Shown: in pieces, positions 1 through 8,110 of the stretch
How the letters are laid out: each line of letters begins with the position of its first letter
Numbering within the stretch: the stretch's first letter is position 1
Source of the DNA: Capsulimonadales bacterium
GTDB taxonomy: Bacteria > Armatimonadota > Armatimonadia > Armatimonadales > Armatimonadaceae
DNA: 29,045 nucleotides
Direction: 5' to 3'
Assembly (NCBI GenBank): GCA_033762295.1
Contig: JANRLW010000108.1
Coordinates: 1-29,045 of the forward strand
Made by a program: the position numbers and the translations under genes
Notes under the pieces: model-generated
The model's database searches: none
What the model saw: the letters and a program-made list of their open reading frames with translations, nothing else
What the model was told of the DNA's origin: nothing

Positions 1-14
1 CGGCGGGGCCGGGC

Positions 15-833
15 CTATTTCGGGTATCCCCGGATAGCGCGCGGAGATTGGCCGAGAGTTTTTCGGACGCATTTGTTGAAGAGATGAAGATCGGGCAGTC
101 CGACCGTCGCGGCAATAACCTTGATCGGCAATGTGGAATGGCGGAGAAGGTGTTCGGCTCGTTGCATTCGCCGGGCCCGAATGTACGCAACGACCGTCAT
201 TCCGAAGGCGGCCTGGAAAAGTCGGCCCAGATAACTGTAGGAAACCTGCGCTTCCCGGGCGAGATCGGCCACGCTGATAGTGCCGCCCATGCGTAGCTCG
301 ATCCGGGCGACCGCGAACTGGACCGCCGGATGGGTGATGGCCGTATCCTCCATCGCCTTGCCGCCGCGTTCCGTCAATTCGCAGAGAAGGTCCCATACCC
401 GTGCCTGAGTCCGATGAGCGGGGTATCGGACGCCGCGAACCGCCTGCTCCAGCCGCCCGTAAAATCGCGAAAAATCCGTTCCGAGATCCTGCATGGCGAG
501 GATACGCTCGGTCGGCCGGGTGCTGACGCAACGAAAATGGACGAAGAGGTGCTGTGAGACGGCAGGATAGTCGTACTCGATCCGGGTGTTGGGAGGGATA
601 AGCCCGGCAAAGCCGGGCCGAATCGGAAAAAACTGATCGCCCAGACGAACGGTCGCCGTATACGGGTAGAAATGAAGGCACCAGAGGTCGGGCAGGTGAA
701 ACCGTTCCTTTCCCTGGAAGCCGTGCTGCCCGACACCGAGGGATACCACTTCGGGAGGTGTGCGCAGGTCGATCGGCCAGAAGACGGCCTCCCACCCGGA
801 CACGGGATTCTCCAACTCCCCTTTCGGTAACAC
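15..833 (-). CDS. AraC/XylS-family transcriptional regulator
   Basis: 272 aa; C-terminal double HTH (SVADLAREAQVSYSYLGRLFQAAFG...RRMQRAEHLLRHSTLPIKVIAATVGLPDLHLFNKCVRKTLGQSPRAIR); N-terminal cupin-like region; GTG start. Confidence 0.93.
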   Translation of the reverse strand: MLPKGELENPVSGWEAVFWPIDLRTPPEVVSLGVGQHGFQGKERFHLPDLWCLHFYPYTATVRLGDQFFPIRPGFAGLIPPNTRIEYDYPAVSQHLFVHFRCVSTRPTERILAMQDLGTDFSRFYGRLEQAVRGVRYPAHRTQARVWDLLCELTERGGKAMEDTAITHPAVQFAVARIELRMGGTISVADLAREAQVSYSYLGRLFQAAFGMTVVAYIRARRMQRAEHLLRHSTLPIKVIAATVGLPDLHLFNKCVRKTLGQSPRAIRGYPK

Positions 834-839
834 GCGGAG

Positions 840-868
840 AATATACCAAAAAAATCGATTTCAGGCAA
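840..868 (-). promoter_or_regulatory. sigma70-type promoter for the AraC gene (TTGCCT-N17-TATATT, extended -10 TG)
   Basis: Minus strand reads TTGCCT GAAATCGATTTTTTTGG TATATT CTCCGC GTG; the -10 ends 6 nt before the start codon. Confidence 0.6.
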
Positions 869-934
869 CTGCTCTACCGGAAATCAGAATTTCCTTACCT
901 GCTCCTTGGCTTATGCCGTATTTCCTGACACACT

Positions 935-1360
935 TCATTGATCGCGGACTGCGGCATCGCGAACTGCGGTCAGGCAGACGGAGATTAACTCCAGCAAAAC
1001 GGAACGATCCACGTCCGACAGACGGCGAAGATGCAGACACGATTTTCCGCGCCGATGCCGTCCGAGTCGGGCCAGAAGGTCACCCTGATCTTCGAGCGAA
1101 CCGCCGAGGTAGAGGGTCAGTCGATTCTCACGGGGCGCAAAGCCGGCCAGAAACGTTTCCCCGCTGTGTCCGCTGGCGTAACGGTAGCGGTACGCCCCGA
1201 AACCGATCAGGTTCGATCCCCAGAGAACGGGCGGTTCCCCCGTCCTGTCCCGCAACAGTTCGACAATGGTTTCGGCGTCGCGTCGTCGCGACTCATCCGT
1301 GATTGCCGCCAGGAATTCGTCGACGGAATGCTCCGTCGGTTTGGTCTTCGTCTCCGCCAT
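935..1360 (-). CDS. DUF1801 (YdhG-like) domain protein
   Basis: 141 aa; KTKPT..SVDEFLAAI..RRRDA...TGEPPVLWG..IGFG.YRYRYASG..G....GFAPR...LTLY...LG.H..GKSCL pattern; GGAGGA RBS upstream. Confidence 0.9.
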   Translation of the reverse strand: MAETKTKPTEHSVDEFLAAITDESRRRDAETIVELLRDRTGEPPVLWGSNLIGFGAYRYRYASGHSGETFLAGFAPRENRLTLYLGGSLEDQGDLLARLGRHRRGKSCLHLRRLSDVDRSVLLELISVCLTAVRDAAVRDQ

Positions 1361-1443
1361 TTTGTCCTCCGTTTTCTCGCCGACTCCGTACGAGCGACGT
1401 TACCGGGAAAACACGAAGAAATCCGAAGAAAGTTGATTCGGTA

Positions 1444-2130
1444 TCAGCGAGATCGCGATCGGTGCGCGGCGATCATGGGGCGGTTACCGCCTTTTTTCGA
1501 GCGGTAACCGAGTTCAGCAAGGGCGGTTCGGGTGAGCGTCGCGACGTCCGAACGGCGGTCCTTGAGATGGGGGACGAGAAGCGGGATCGCGCGGCGGTCG
1601 CCAAGCGCACGGAAAACCCCGATGCAGAAAGTCGGGATCAACCCGTCTCGGGCATTCCGCGCGGAATGCCCGGTCATGATCCGGGAAACGACGGTGAAAA
1701 TCCGCTTGCGTTGAGGGGCGCCGGTTCGATGCGTCCGAAGGACCGTCGAGAGCACATCGAGCGACCGAAAATTCCGAATCACCCTGGCCTCCGCGTTTTT
1801 CGATTTCAGGGCGGGGGCGCTGCAGTTGCGCAACACGAACTCCAGATCGTCGGTCGAAATCGGAGCCGGTGTTTTCCCGTCCTCAGGCTCCGAATCTTTG
1901 ACGATACGGGAAAGGCGGAAGTAATCGGGCGCGGACATCACTCCGTCCTTTTCCATGCGCAGGGAGGCTTCCTGGAGTTCCCTGACTTCCCGATCCGCTT
2001 CCGTACGCAACGCGGAGGTCACCTGATGGACGACCGCCATCGGAAACAGGCAGACACAGGCGACGGCGACGAGAACTTTCCCCTTCAACATACGAGCCCT
2101 CCGATCCGAGATGCCGGATGACATCGACAA
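1444..2130 (-). CDS. Hypothetical exported/membrane-anchored protein with C-terminal HEAT-like repeat
   Basis: N-terminal hydrophobic segment (VLVAVACVCLFPMAVV); C-terminal ALGDRRAIPLLVPHLKDRRSDVATLTRTALAELG resembles a PBS-lyase HEAT repeat; start uncertain. Confidence 0.6.
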   Translation of the reverse strand: MSMSSGISDRRARMLKGKVLVAVACVCLFPMAVVHQVTSALRTEADREVRELQEASLRMEKDGVMSAPDYFRLSRIVKDSEPEDGKTPAPISTDDLEFVLRNCSAPALKSKNAEARVIRNFRSLDVLSTVLRTHRTGAPQRKRIFTVVSRIMTGHSARNARDGLIPTFCIGVFRALGDRRAIPLLVPHLKDRRSDVATLTRTALAELGYRSKKGGNRPMIAAHRSRSR

Positions 2131-2230
2131 AGCATGGATGCTTTGCTGACCGTATTATCTCAGATACTGACGGACGCGGGTAGGTAGAAACCTGTTGTAA
2201 GACGCCAATCGATTGCGGCGACCGGGCACA

Positions 2231-4708
2231 TTAGCGCCAGCCGATCTCGTCCGGTCGGATCTTCCAGTCGTTGTCGAAGTAGAACGCGGCAAGAACGGCG
2301 TCGGCCCCCTGCGCCAGAACCTGAGGGTCGAACAGGACACCGTCCGGAAACGCCGCTCCGGAAATGAAGTAGGGGAGTCGGTCGGTCAACCGAAGGCCGA
2401 TCATTCCGGTCCCGCCGACGGCACCGACGAGAGCGCGATCCGACCCCGGCTTGGGATAGAGAAAGGCGAAGGCGAGGTCGTCACCCGAACGCACGGTCGA
2501 ACCGACACGAACGGAGCCTCGTTCCGCCCGAACGGGGCAGTCCTTGAGGAGGGTGGTCCAGCGGGTATTGATGGTGGCATTCCCGTAAAGGATCACGCTT
2601 CGATCCCGCATCGATCCCGGGTCGTAGGCGGTGTCGGCCATAACCTCCGGTGAGCCGTTGCCCCGGTAATAGAACGTTTCGGCATCGTATCGCGCGCGGG
2701 CGAATCCCCAGGCCGTCTCCTCGGGCGTTCCGTTCGTCGGGTAGAGAAGGATGAACCGTTGGTTGAACGCCTCCTTGAAAGGGCCGCCCCGGTTCGGGTT
2801 CTTTTGCGCGGCGTTCGGCCCGCGTCCCTGCATTTTCCATCCGCCGTTGCGCCGCAGAACGATGGGGTTACGCTGACGGGGCGACAGAGAGAAGACCGTT
2901 CCGTCCACTACCAGCGCTTTGACGCCGGCGCGGTCGGGAAGACGGGTCGGAAAGATCGTCAGCATCGCGACATTCTCCGTCGTCAGGGTCTGACGCCCGT
3001 TGACGACGGCGGCGGCTCGGACGACGGAGGGGAGGAGGGGACGCTCCTGTTGCTCGATGCGGAGCCAGCGGCAGGTGGCCGATACCGCCGGGTTGACCGT
3101 GAGGAAATCGAACGAACCGTCGCCCGGCGGGGCGGTCAGTCGGGATTGCCGGAACGTGTCGAACATCGGCTGCCAGTCGACGCAGTCCGCGCCCGGTGCG
3201 TCCGACACATCCCACCAGTGGCCCGCCCCTTTCTGCTCGTGCCAGAGGAGGGAGGGATGTCGTACCTTTTCCAGTTCGCTCCGCATTCGCCGCGCCTGAT
3301 CGACCGGAACGTTGTCGTCCGCGTCGCCGTGAAGGACATAAATATGCTGTCGGAGAAGGTTCGGAAGGCGCAAAAGCGTATCGTGTACGTTGGATGCCCG
3401 CTCCAGCAGAGCGACGGCCGGGGGGATTTTCTCGCCGTCCTGTCGAACGCCGCGCGTGGCCGCCCCATAGGTGCCGAAACTGATCCAGCCCGCGCTTGGC
3501 CCGAGGGCCGCGAACCGGTCCGGGAAAAGGGACCCGAGCGACCAGGTGCCGTGGCCGCCCATCGAATGCCCGGTCAGGACGACCCGCGCCGGGTCGTGCG
3601 CATACCCGCTCGTGGCCAGACGTAGCACTTCCAGGGCATCCAGTCGCCCCCAGTCCTCCCAGTCGAATCCGAAGGGCCGGCGATTCGTGGGCGCGATCAG
3701 AGTGGCCCAATCCTTCGGGCCATAGGCGTCCGCCTGGCCGATCGCCTCCACACTGGCTCCATGCAGGGAAAGGATCAGGGCATCGCCGGGGTCCGGTTGC
3801 GTCGACGGATGAACGGCGTAGTACTGAACGGACCCGTCGATTTCGCTGAGGAACGTACGTTTATAGGTATCGCCGGGTTTGCGCACCCGCATCCGCAGGC
3901 TTCTTTCGTCGGTCGGGATTCCGGGACCGCTTAAACGAAGATCGACGGTCACCTCGCCGGGCGGCAGGTTGGCGGGCGCAGGCACCTGGAACGCGACCTT
4001 GCGGAAAGACATCGGCGGGATCGTCGGCAGGGCCGTGTCGACGGTCTTCCCTTGAATCGTGGAGCGCAGGCGCAGGCCGGTCAGAGGGTCTTCCGAGGCG
4101 TTAATGACGGGAATCGCGGCCCGGAGAGGGCAGGTGTCCCCCGGAATCAGGTCCGGCAGCGTGACGTCGTCCGGATTCAGACTCGCGGGGGCGACGGCCG
4201 GAAGGAGTTCGGCGCGCAGTTGCCCCCTCCCGACGGAGAACAGGAAGCGGTTCACGCCCCGCTGGAGGCGGACCGGGGTTCGGACATAGCCGTATCGGTA
4301 CGGGTCGCCGGTTCTCGGTTCCCCGTTCACATAGACCAGGCTGTGGCCCTGCGCATGGAGCAATGCGATTCGCGGTTCCGGCGACCGTACCTCGGCGTAG
4401 AAGTATCCGCCGCTGAAGGCTTCGCTCTGCAGAACGCCTTCGGCGTTGGCTTCCACGGGGACATACTTTCGCTCGGTTCCGTCCGGCAGGCGAACGATGT
4501 CGCCGGCGACCGGCGGCCGCCAGGTGCCGCGCACCAGGGAGAACTGGACGGGATCGGCGACGAACGGGCGACGCGCCCCGCGAACCACCGGGCCGACCGC
4601 GACGCCCGAACGGATCGTCAGCGGCTCCGGGACCGGCTGCGCCCGGACGGCGGAGGCGCAAAACAACAGGAGAAACGCCGAAACACGAATCGATTGAATC
4701 GGAAACAC
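2231..4708 (-). CDS. Large secreted alpha/beta-hydrolase (S9 prolyl oligopeptidase/esterase-like) with extra beta-rich domains
   Basis: GHSMGG nucleophile elbow, LHGASV oxyanion region, HGDADDNVP acid, GAGHWW His; signal peptide SAFLLLFCASAVRA-QP favours GTG start at 4708 over the ORF-track TTG at 4828. Confidence 0.85.
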   Translation of the reverse strand: MFPIQSIRVSAFLLLFCASAVRAQPVPEPLTIRSGVAVGPVVRGARRPFVADPVQFSLVRGTWRPPVAGDIVRLPDGTERKYVPVEANAEGVLQSEAFSGGYFYAEVRSPEPRIALLHAQGHSLVYVNGEPRTGDPYRYGYVRTPVRLQRGVNRFLFSVGRGQLRAELLPAVAPASLNPDDVTLPDLIPGDTCPLRAAIPVINASEDPLTGLRLRSTIQGKTVDTALPTIPPMSFRKVAFQVPAPANLPPGEVTVDLRLSGPGIPTDERSLRMRVRKPGDTYKRTFLSEIDGSVQYYAVHPSTQPDPGDALILSLHGASVEAIGQADAYGPKDWATLIAPTNRRPFGFDWEDWGRLDALEVLRLATSGYAHDPARVVLTGHSMGGHGTWSLGSLFPDRFAALGPSAGWISFGTYGAATRGVRQDGEKIPPAVALLERASNVHDTLLRLPNLLRQHIYVLHGDADDNVPVDQARRMRSELEKVRHPSLLWHEQKGAGHWWDVSDAPGADCVDWQPMFDTFRQSRLTAPPGDGSFDFLTVNPAVSATCRWLRIEQQERPLLPSVVRAAAVVNGRQTLTTENVAMLTIFPTRLPDRAGVKALVVDGTVFSLSPRQRNPIVLRRNGGWKMQGRGPNAAQKNPNRGGPFKEAFNQRFILLYPTNGTPEETAWGFARARYDAETFYYRGNGSPEVMADTAYDPGSMRDRSVILYGNATINTRWTTLLKDCPVRAERGSVRVGSTVRSGDDLAFAFLYPKPGSDRALVGAVGGTGMIGLRLTDRLPYFISGAAFPDGVLFDPQVLAQGADAVLAAFYFDNDWKIRPDEIGWR

Positions 4709-4831
4709 ACCGCAGTATACCCGCCTTTCGGCTGCCTGAAAACGCGTCAATGCCCGGTCGTTATGAGGAATTACAATGCGGGAACCGACCGGCTGGTGGC
4801 GACACCGAAATCCCGGCTTTCCTGTCAAAGA

Positions 4832-5365
4832 TCAATAGCTTTCGCGCAACATGAACCGCTCGAGGGTGCCGGAAAGGAAGTAACCGATCACCACGGTGAC
4901 GATCGCCCATCCGATCCAGCCCGACAGGATACCCGAACCCTTGCCGACATTCATTCCGCCGGTCGGATGGTCGATGCCGCTGATCACCGGGTAGGTCGTC
5001 TCAAACCGGATCGGCACCGCAACCCCCTGCTTGAACTTGTCGAAATCCTCGTTTTTCACCTGGGCGACGCCGGTGTAAACCTTTGCCGGATCGGATTTCG
5101 GATCGCCGAAAAGAAGCGGTGTGTAGGGCGCCCGGAACCGGTACTCCACATAGCTCAGCTTTTCGCCGACGTGAAACGGATCGGAGGTCTCCTGTTTGTA
5201 AGTGCGCGTCACCACGCCGCGTGTCTTCCCGGTCGCGTTCCCGTAGACAAAAGGCGGAGGATAAAGCTGCGCTTTCGGAATTCCGGCGTACGGAAGCGCG
5301 ATGTTCAGTAGGAGCGCCGCTAAGAAAAGGCCGACCACGAAACGAACGATGCTTTTGATGGTCAT
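4832..5365 (-). CDS. Membrane protein, DUF3592-like (TM - beta domain - TM)
   Basis: N- and C-terminal TM helices flanking TRGVVT...YVEYRF...GVAVPIRFETTYPVISGI; ATG at 5365 directly precedes TM1. Confidence 0.6.
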   Translation of the reverse strand: MTIKSIVRFVVGLFLAALLLNIALPYAGIPKAQLYPPPFVYGNATGKTRGVVTRTYKQETSDPFHVGEKLSYVEYRFRAPYTPLLFGDPKSDPAKVYTGVAQVKNEDFDKFKQGVAVPIRFETTYPVISGIDHPTGGMNVGKGSGILSGWIGWAIVTVVIGYFLSGTLERFMLRESY

Positions 5366-5612
5366 GGTTTTTACCGGGCGGAGAGAACGGATAGCGACAG
5401 GTAAACAGGTAAAAGCGAACGGCAAACATGACGGGAAAAGACTCGGCGAACACGGTTAGTTTCCGCCTCCTCTCTGCGACTTCCTGCCGCGCCCACGGGT
5501 TCCGATAAGTGTTCGTCGAAACGGGGATCGACGCACGAAACCGACGGCTTCGGGAACAAAACCCGAACGTTTTCCGCTTTATGAGGTGTCAGAGAGAAGA
5601 GAGGTTTTGACG

Positions 5613-6464
5613 ATGGCATTTTCACCGAAGAACGGTTTTCGATATGGGGCCGCCGGACTGGCCGTCGCGTTCGTCGCGGTCAGCGTTCCGGCCGTGCCTG
5701 CGGTTGCCTGGCAGCTGTTCAAACGCCCGAGCCCGGAGGAGCAGAAGCGGCTCGGCGATCAGGAGGCGGCCAAGATCCTGAAGAAATATAAGGAGGTCAC
5801 CGACGGACGCGCGGCCCACTTCAAGGAGGTCGGCCGTCGGTTGGTCGCGGCTCTGCCGGAAAAGGAGCGGAACCGGTGGGATTTCCGTTTCCATGTGCTC
5901 GAAAGCGACGAGATCAATGCGTTCGCCTTGCCGGGCGGGGAGATGTTTCTGTTTACCGGACTGTACAAGCGGATGAAGACCGAGGACGAGGTCGCGGCGG
6001 TCACCGGTCATGAGATGTCGCACGTCCGACAGGAGCACTGGGCGAAAGCCTATACGAAGGCGCAGGAACGACAGCTCGGTCTGACCGGATTGGTGCTTTT
6101 GCTGAAAGGCAGTCGGGAAGCGCGTCTGGCGGCCAACCTCAGCGAATCGATCCTGGGGACCAAGTTCTCCCGGAGCGAGGAGGACGAGGCCGACAAGGAC
6201 GGCTTCAACAACATGGTGAGCGCGGGCTACAACCCGAAGGGAATGCTCAATCTGTTCGCCACGCTGCAAAAGGCGGCCGGAAACGGCGGCGACCGCATCA
6301 CCGGCGATTTCCTGTCGGAGCACCCGCTGACGACGACCCGGATCAAGCGGACCGAGGAACGGATCCGTTCCCTCGGCAGCGGGAAAAGTTTCGGAGCGGA
6401 GAAGCCTCTGAATTATGAGGCGCTGGCCGGGGCGTCGACCGGTCCGCGAACCGCGAGCAACTGA
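5613..6464 (+). CDS. M48 family zinc metallopeptidase (BepA/YfgC/LoiP-like), exported
   Basis: INAFALPGG, HEMSH zinc motif, FSRSEEDEAD, FLSEHP..TTRI; signal peptide; GAGG RBS before ATG 5613. Confidence 0.93.
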   Translation: MAFSPKNGFRYGAAGLAVAFVAVSVPAVPAVAWQLFKRPSPEEQKRLGDQEAAKILKKYKEVTDGRAAHFKEVGRRLVAALPEKERNRWDFRFHVLESDEINAFALPGGEMFLFTGLYKRMKTEDEVAAVTGHEMSHVRQEHWAKAYTKAQERQLGLTGLVLLLKGSREARLAANLSESILGTKFSRSEEDEADKDGFNNMVSAGYNPKGMLNLFATLQKAAGNGGDRITGDFLSEHPLTTTRIKRTEERIRSLGSGKSFGAEKPLNYEALAGASTGPRTASN

Positions 6465-6473
6465 TACCGATGA

Positions 6474-6508
6474 ACGCCCTCGCTTCCGGTTGGCGGAAGC
6501 GAGGGCGT
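6474..6508. terminator. 15-bp perfect hairpin between convergent genes (probable bidirectional terminator)
   Basis: ACGCCCTCGCTTCCG-GTTGG-CGGAAGCGAGGGCGT; no U-tract on either side. Confidence 0.7.
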
Positions 6509-6512
6509 CTCA

Positions 6513-7592
6513 TCAACCTTCGTTGTAGAAAACCTGTAGACCGTCCTTGCCGGGAGCGACCAGATCGAGGCGACCCGTTCCCCGAAGGTCCGCCAGTTCG
6601 AAGAAGATGCCGCATCCCGCTCCCACTCCCAAGGGGCCGTAAGCGATCACCTGTTTGGCGAACGACTCCCCGGTCCATTTGAAGTAGTAGATTCCCAGAT
6701 CATCGTCCCAGCCCGGTTCGTGGTCGTTGTGCGCCCGGAACCGTTTCCCGGTAATCAGTTCGTTCTGACCGTCACCGTCGATGTCGGCCCAGCGTAGGTC
6801 GTGGTACTGGGCGTTGAACGGGTCGATCGGGTGACGGACCCACTGCCGGTTGCCGTGGTCGTCGGTCGTCTGTTCGTACCAGTCGAGGCCGTAGTCGTGG
6901 CCCTGGCCGACGATCAGGTCGTTTTTCCCGTCGCCGTTGACGTCGACGACGAGGATCGGGACGCCGGCCGCGCCCAACCGGAACTCCGGGTGGAAGGTCC
7001 ATTCACCGTGCCATCGGTCCTCCGGCGCGCGTAGCCAACCGGACGAGAGAACGAAGTCGCCGCGCCCGTCGCCGTCAATATCGCCGAAACCGAGACCATG
7101 GCCCTGCGGCTCCGAACGGATCGGGAAGGCATCGAACGCGCCCGTGCCTTTGCCGGCGGCATCGGTCCGCAGTTTGTAGACGACCAGAGGGTGTCCGGGC
7201 GTGTTGGGAACGATCTCCGGAAGGCCGTCGCCATCGACATCCCAGGCCCGTGTCGTTTCGACGTTCCCGCACTCCGCGATCACATGTTCGGTCCAATCGC
7301 CGCCGTTCGGGCCGGGGTTCTCCCGCCAGCGCAGAGTATTGCCCCACCAGCCTCCGGTGACGAAGTCCGGGTACCCGTCGCCGTTGATATCGAGCGGAAT
7401 CGTGGAGAAGTCGTCGTAGTATTCGCCCGCGCGCGCAACATCGCCGAGGCGATGTTTCCGGGTGAAGTTCGGCCCTTCGTACCAGAAGCCTCCGGAGACG
7501 ATGTCGGGTATTCCATCCCGGTTCACGTCGAAGACGGCGACGGATTCGAAGTTTTCGGCAGCGATGACGCGCCGGGTCCAGCGGATCGGCAT
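6513..7592 (-). CDS. FG-GAP/VCBS-repeat beta-propeller protein (7 Ca-binding-type repeats), no signal peptide
   Basis: DVNRDGIPD, DINGDGYPD, DVDGDGLPE, DIDGDGRGD, DVNGDGKND, DIDGDGQNE, DLRGTGRLD. Confidence 0.9.
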   Translation of the reverse strand: MPIRWTRRVIAAENFESVAVFDVNRDGIPDIVSGGFWYEGPNFTRKHRLGDVARAGEYYDDFSTIPLDINGDGYPDFVTGGWWGNTLRWRENPGPNGGDWTEHVIAECGNVETTRAWDVDGDGLPEIVPNTPGHPLVVYKLRTDAAGKGTGAFDAFPIRSEPQGHGLGFGDIDGDGRGDFVLSSGWLRAPEDRWHGEWTFHPEFRLGAAGVPILVVDVNGDGKNDLIVGQGHDYGLDWYEQTTDDHGNRQWVRHPIDPFNAQYHDLRWADIDGDGQNELITGKRFRAHNDHEPGWDDDLGIYYFKWTGESFAKQVIAYGPLGVGAGCGIFFELADLRGTGRLDLVAPGKDGLQVFYNEG

Positions 7593-7612
7593 TATTCGGC
7601 CCCTTTTTGCCT

Positions 7613-7642
7613 ATTGTACGAAATTCGCGGCGTGGGGCGCAA
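7613..7642 (-). promoter_or_regulatory. Candidate sigma70 promoter for the FG-GAP gene
   Basis: TTGCGC-N18-TACAAT on minus strand, 20 nt upstream of ATG. Confidence 0.45.
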
Positions 7643-7698
7643 TGTGAAAGACGGCTCCCGGTCGCACGGCGACATGGCCGCAACGATCGGGAGCCGTC
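7642..7698 (-). terminator. Hairpin downstream of the small Cys-rich ORF
   Basis: GACGGCTCCCGGTCG (7650-7664) / CGATCGGGAGCCGTC (7684-7698) near-perfect inverted repeat, followed by TTTCACATT on minus strand. Confidence 0.55.
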
Positions 7699-7725
7699 CC
7701 GGTTGATTTTGTTTCGGGAAGCCGA

Positions 7726-8037
7726 TTAATGCGCGGTTCCGCGATAGGCGATCTCACAATCCGAACCGGAGGCATCGATCCACGGGCCGCCTTTGGTCCG
7801 CATATACCGCGAATGGCAGCAGGAACACTCAAAATACTCCGGAGAAACCTCTCGATACTCTTCCGGCATCCGGTAACGGAAGTTCATTTCGGAACCGCAA
7901 TCCGGGCACTGCGGGCGAAGTCGGCTCAGCAACCATTGCCACGGCGTGCGAACCGACATCGGTTTGTCACCCGCGCCCACGACCGAGGAAGCATTAAAAT
8001 TTACTGACATTTTTATAACCTTTCCCAGCACACCCAT
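7726..8037 (-). CDS. Small hypothetical zinc-ribbon-like protein
   Basis: CPDC...FECSCC motif pair; only plausible ORF in this lower-GC gap; start may be further downstream. Confidence 0.5.
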   Translation of the reverse strand: MGVLGKVIKMSVNFNASSVVGAGDKPMSVRTPWQWLLSRLRPQCPDCGSEMNFRYRMPEEYREVSPEYFECSCCHSRYMRTKGGPWIDASGSDCEIAYRGTAH

Positions 8038-8110
8038 ACCGTTTTCTATTATTACTGATTTTCGGAGGCGTATGTCTACTTCATTAGGGCAAATGTGGGA
8101 AATATCACTG

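Noticed and set aside
4709..4828. ORF-track N-terminal extension of the hydrolase (similarly 22162-22329, 9416-9475 and 5366-5425 for other genes)
   Set aside because: Downstream starts fit signal peptides, RBS or domain boundaries better.
4052..5311. 419-aa plus-strand ORF
   Set aside because: Overlaps two well-supported minus-strand genes; Arg-rich shadow composition.
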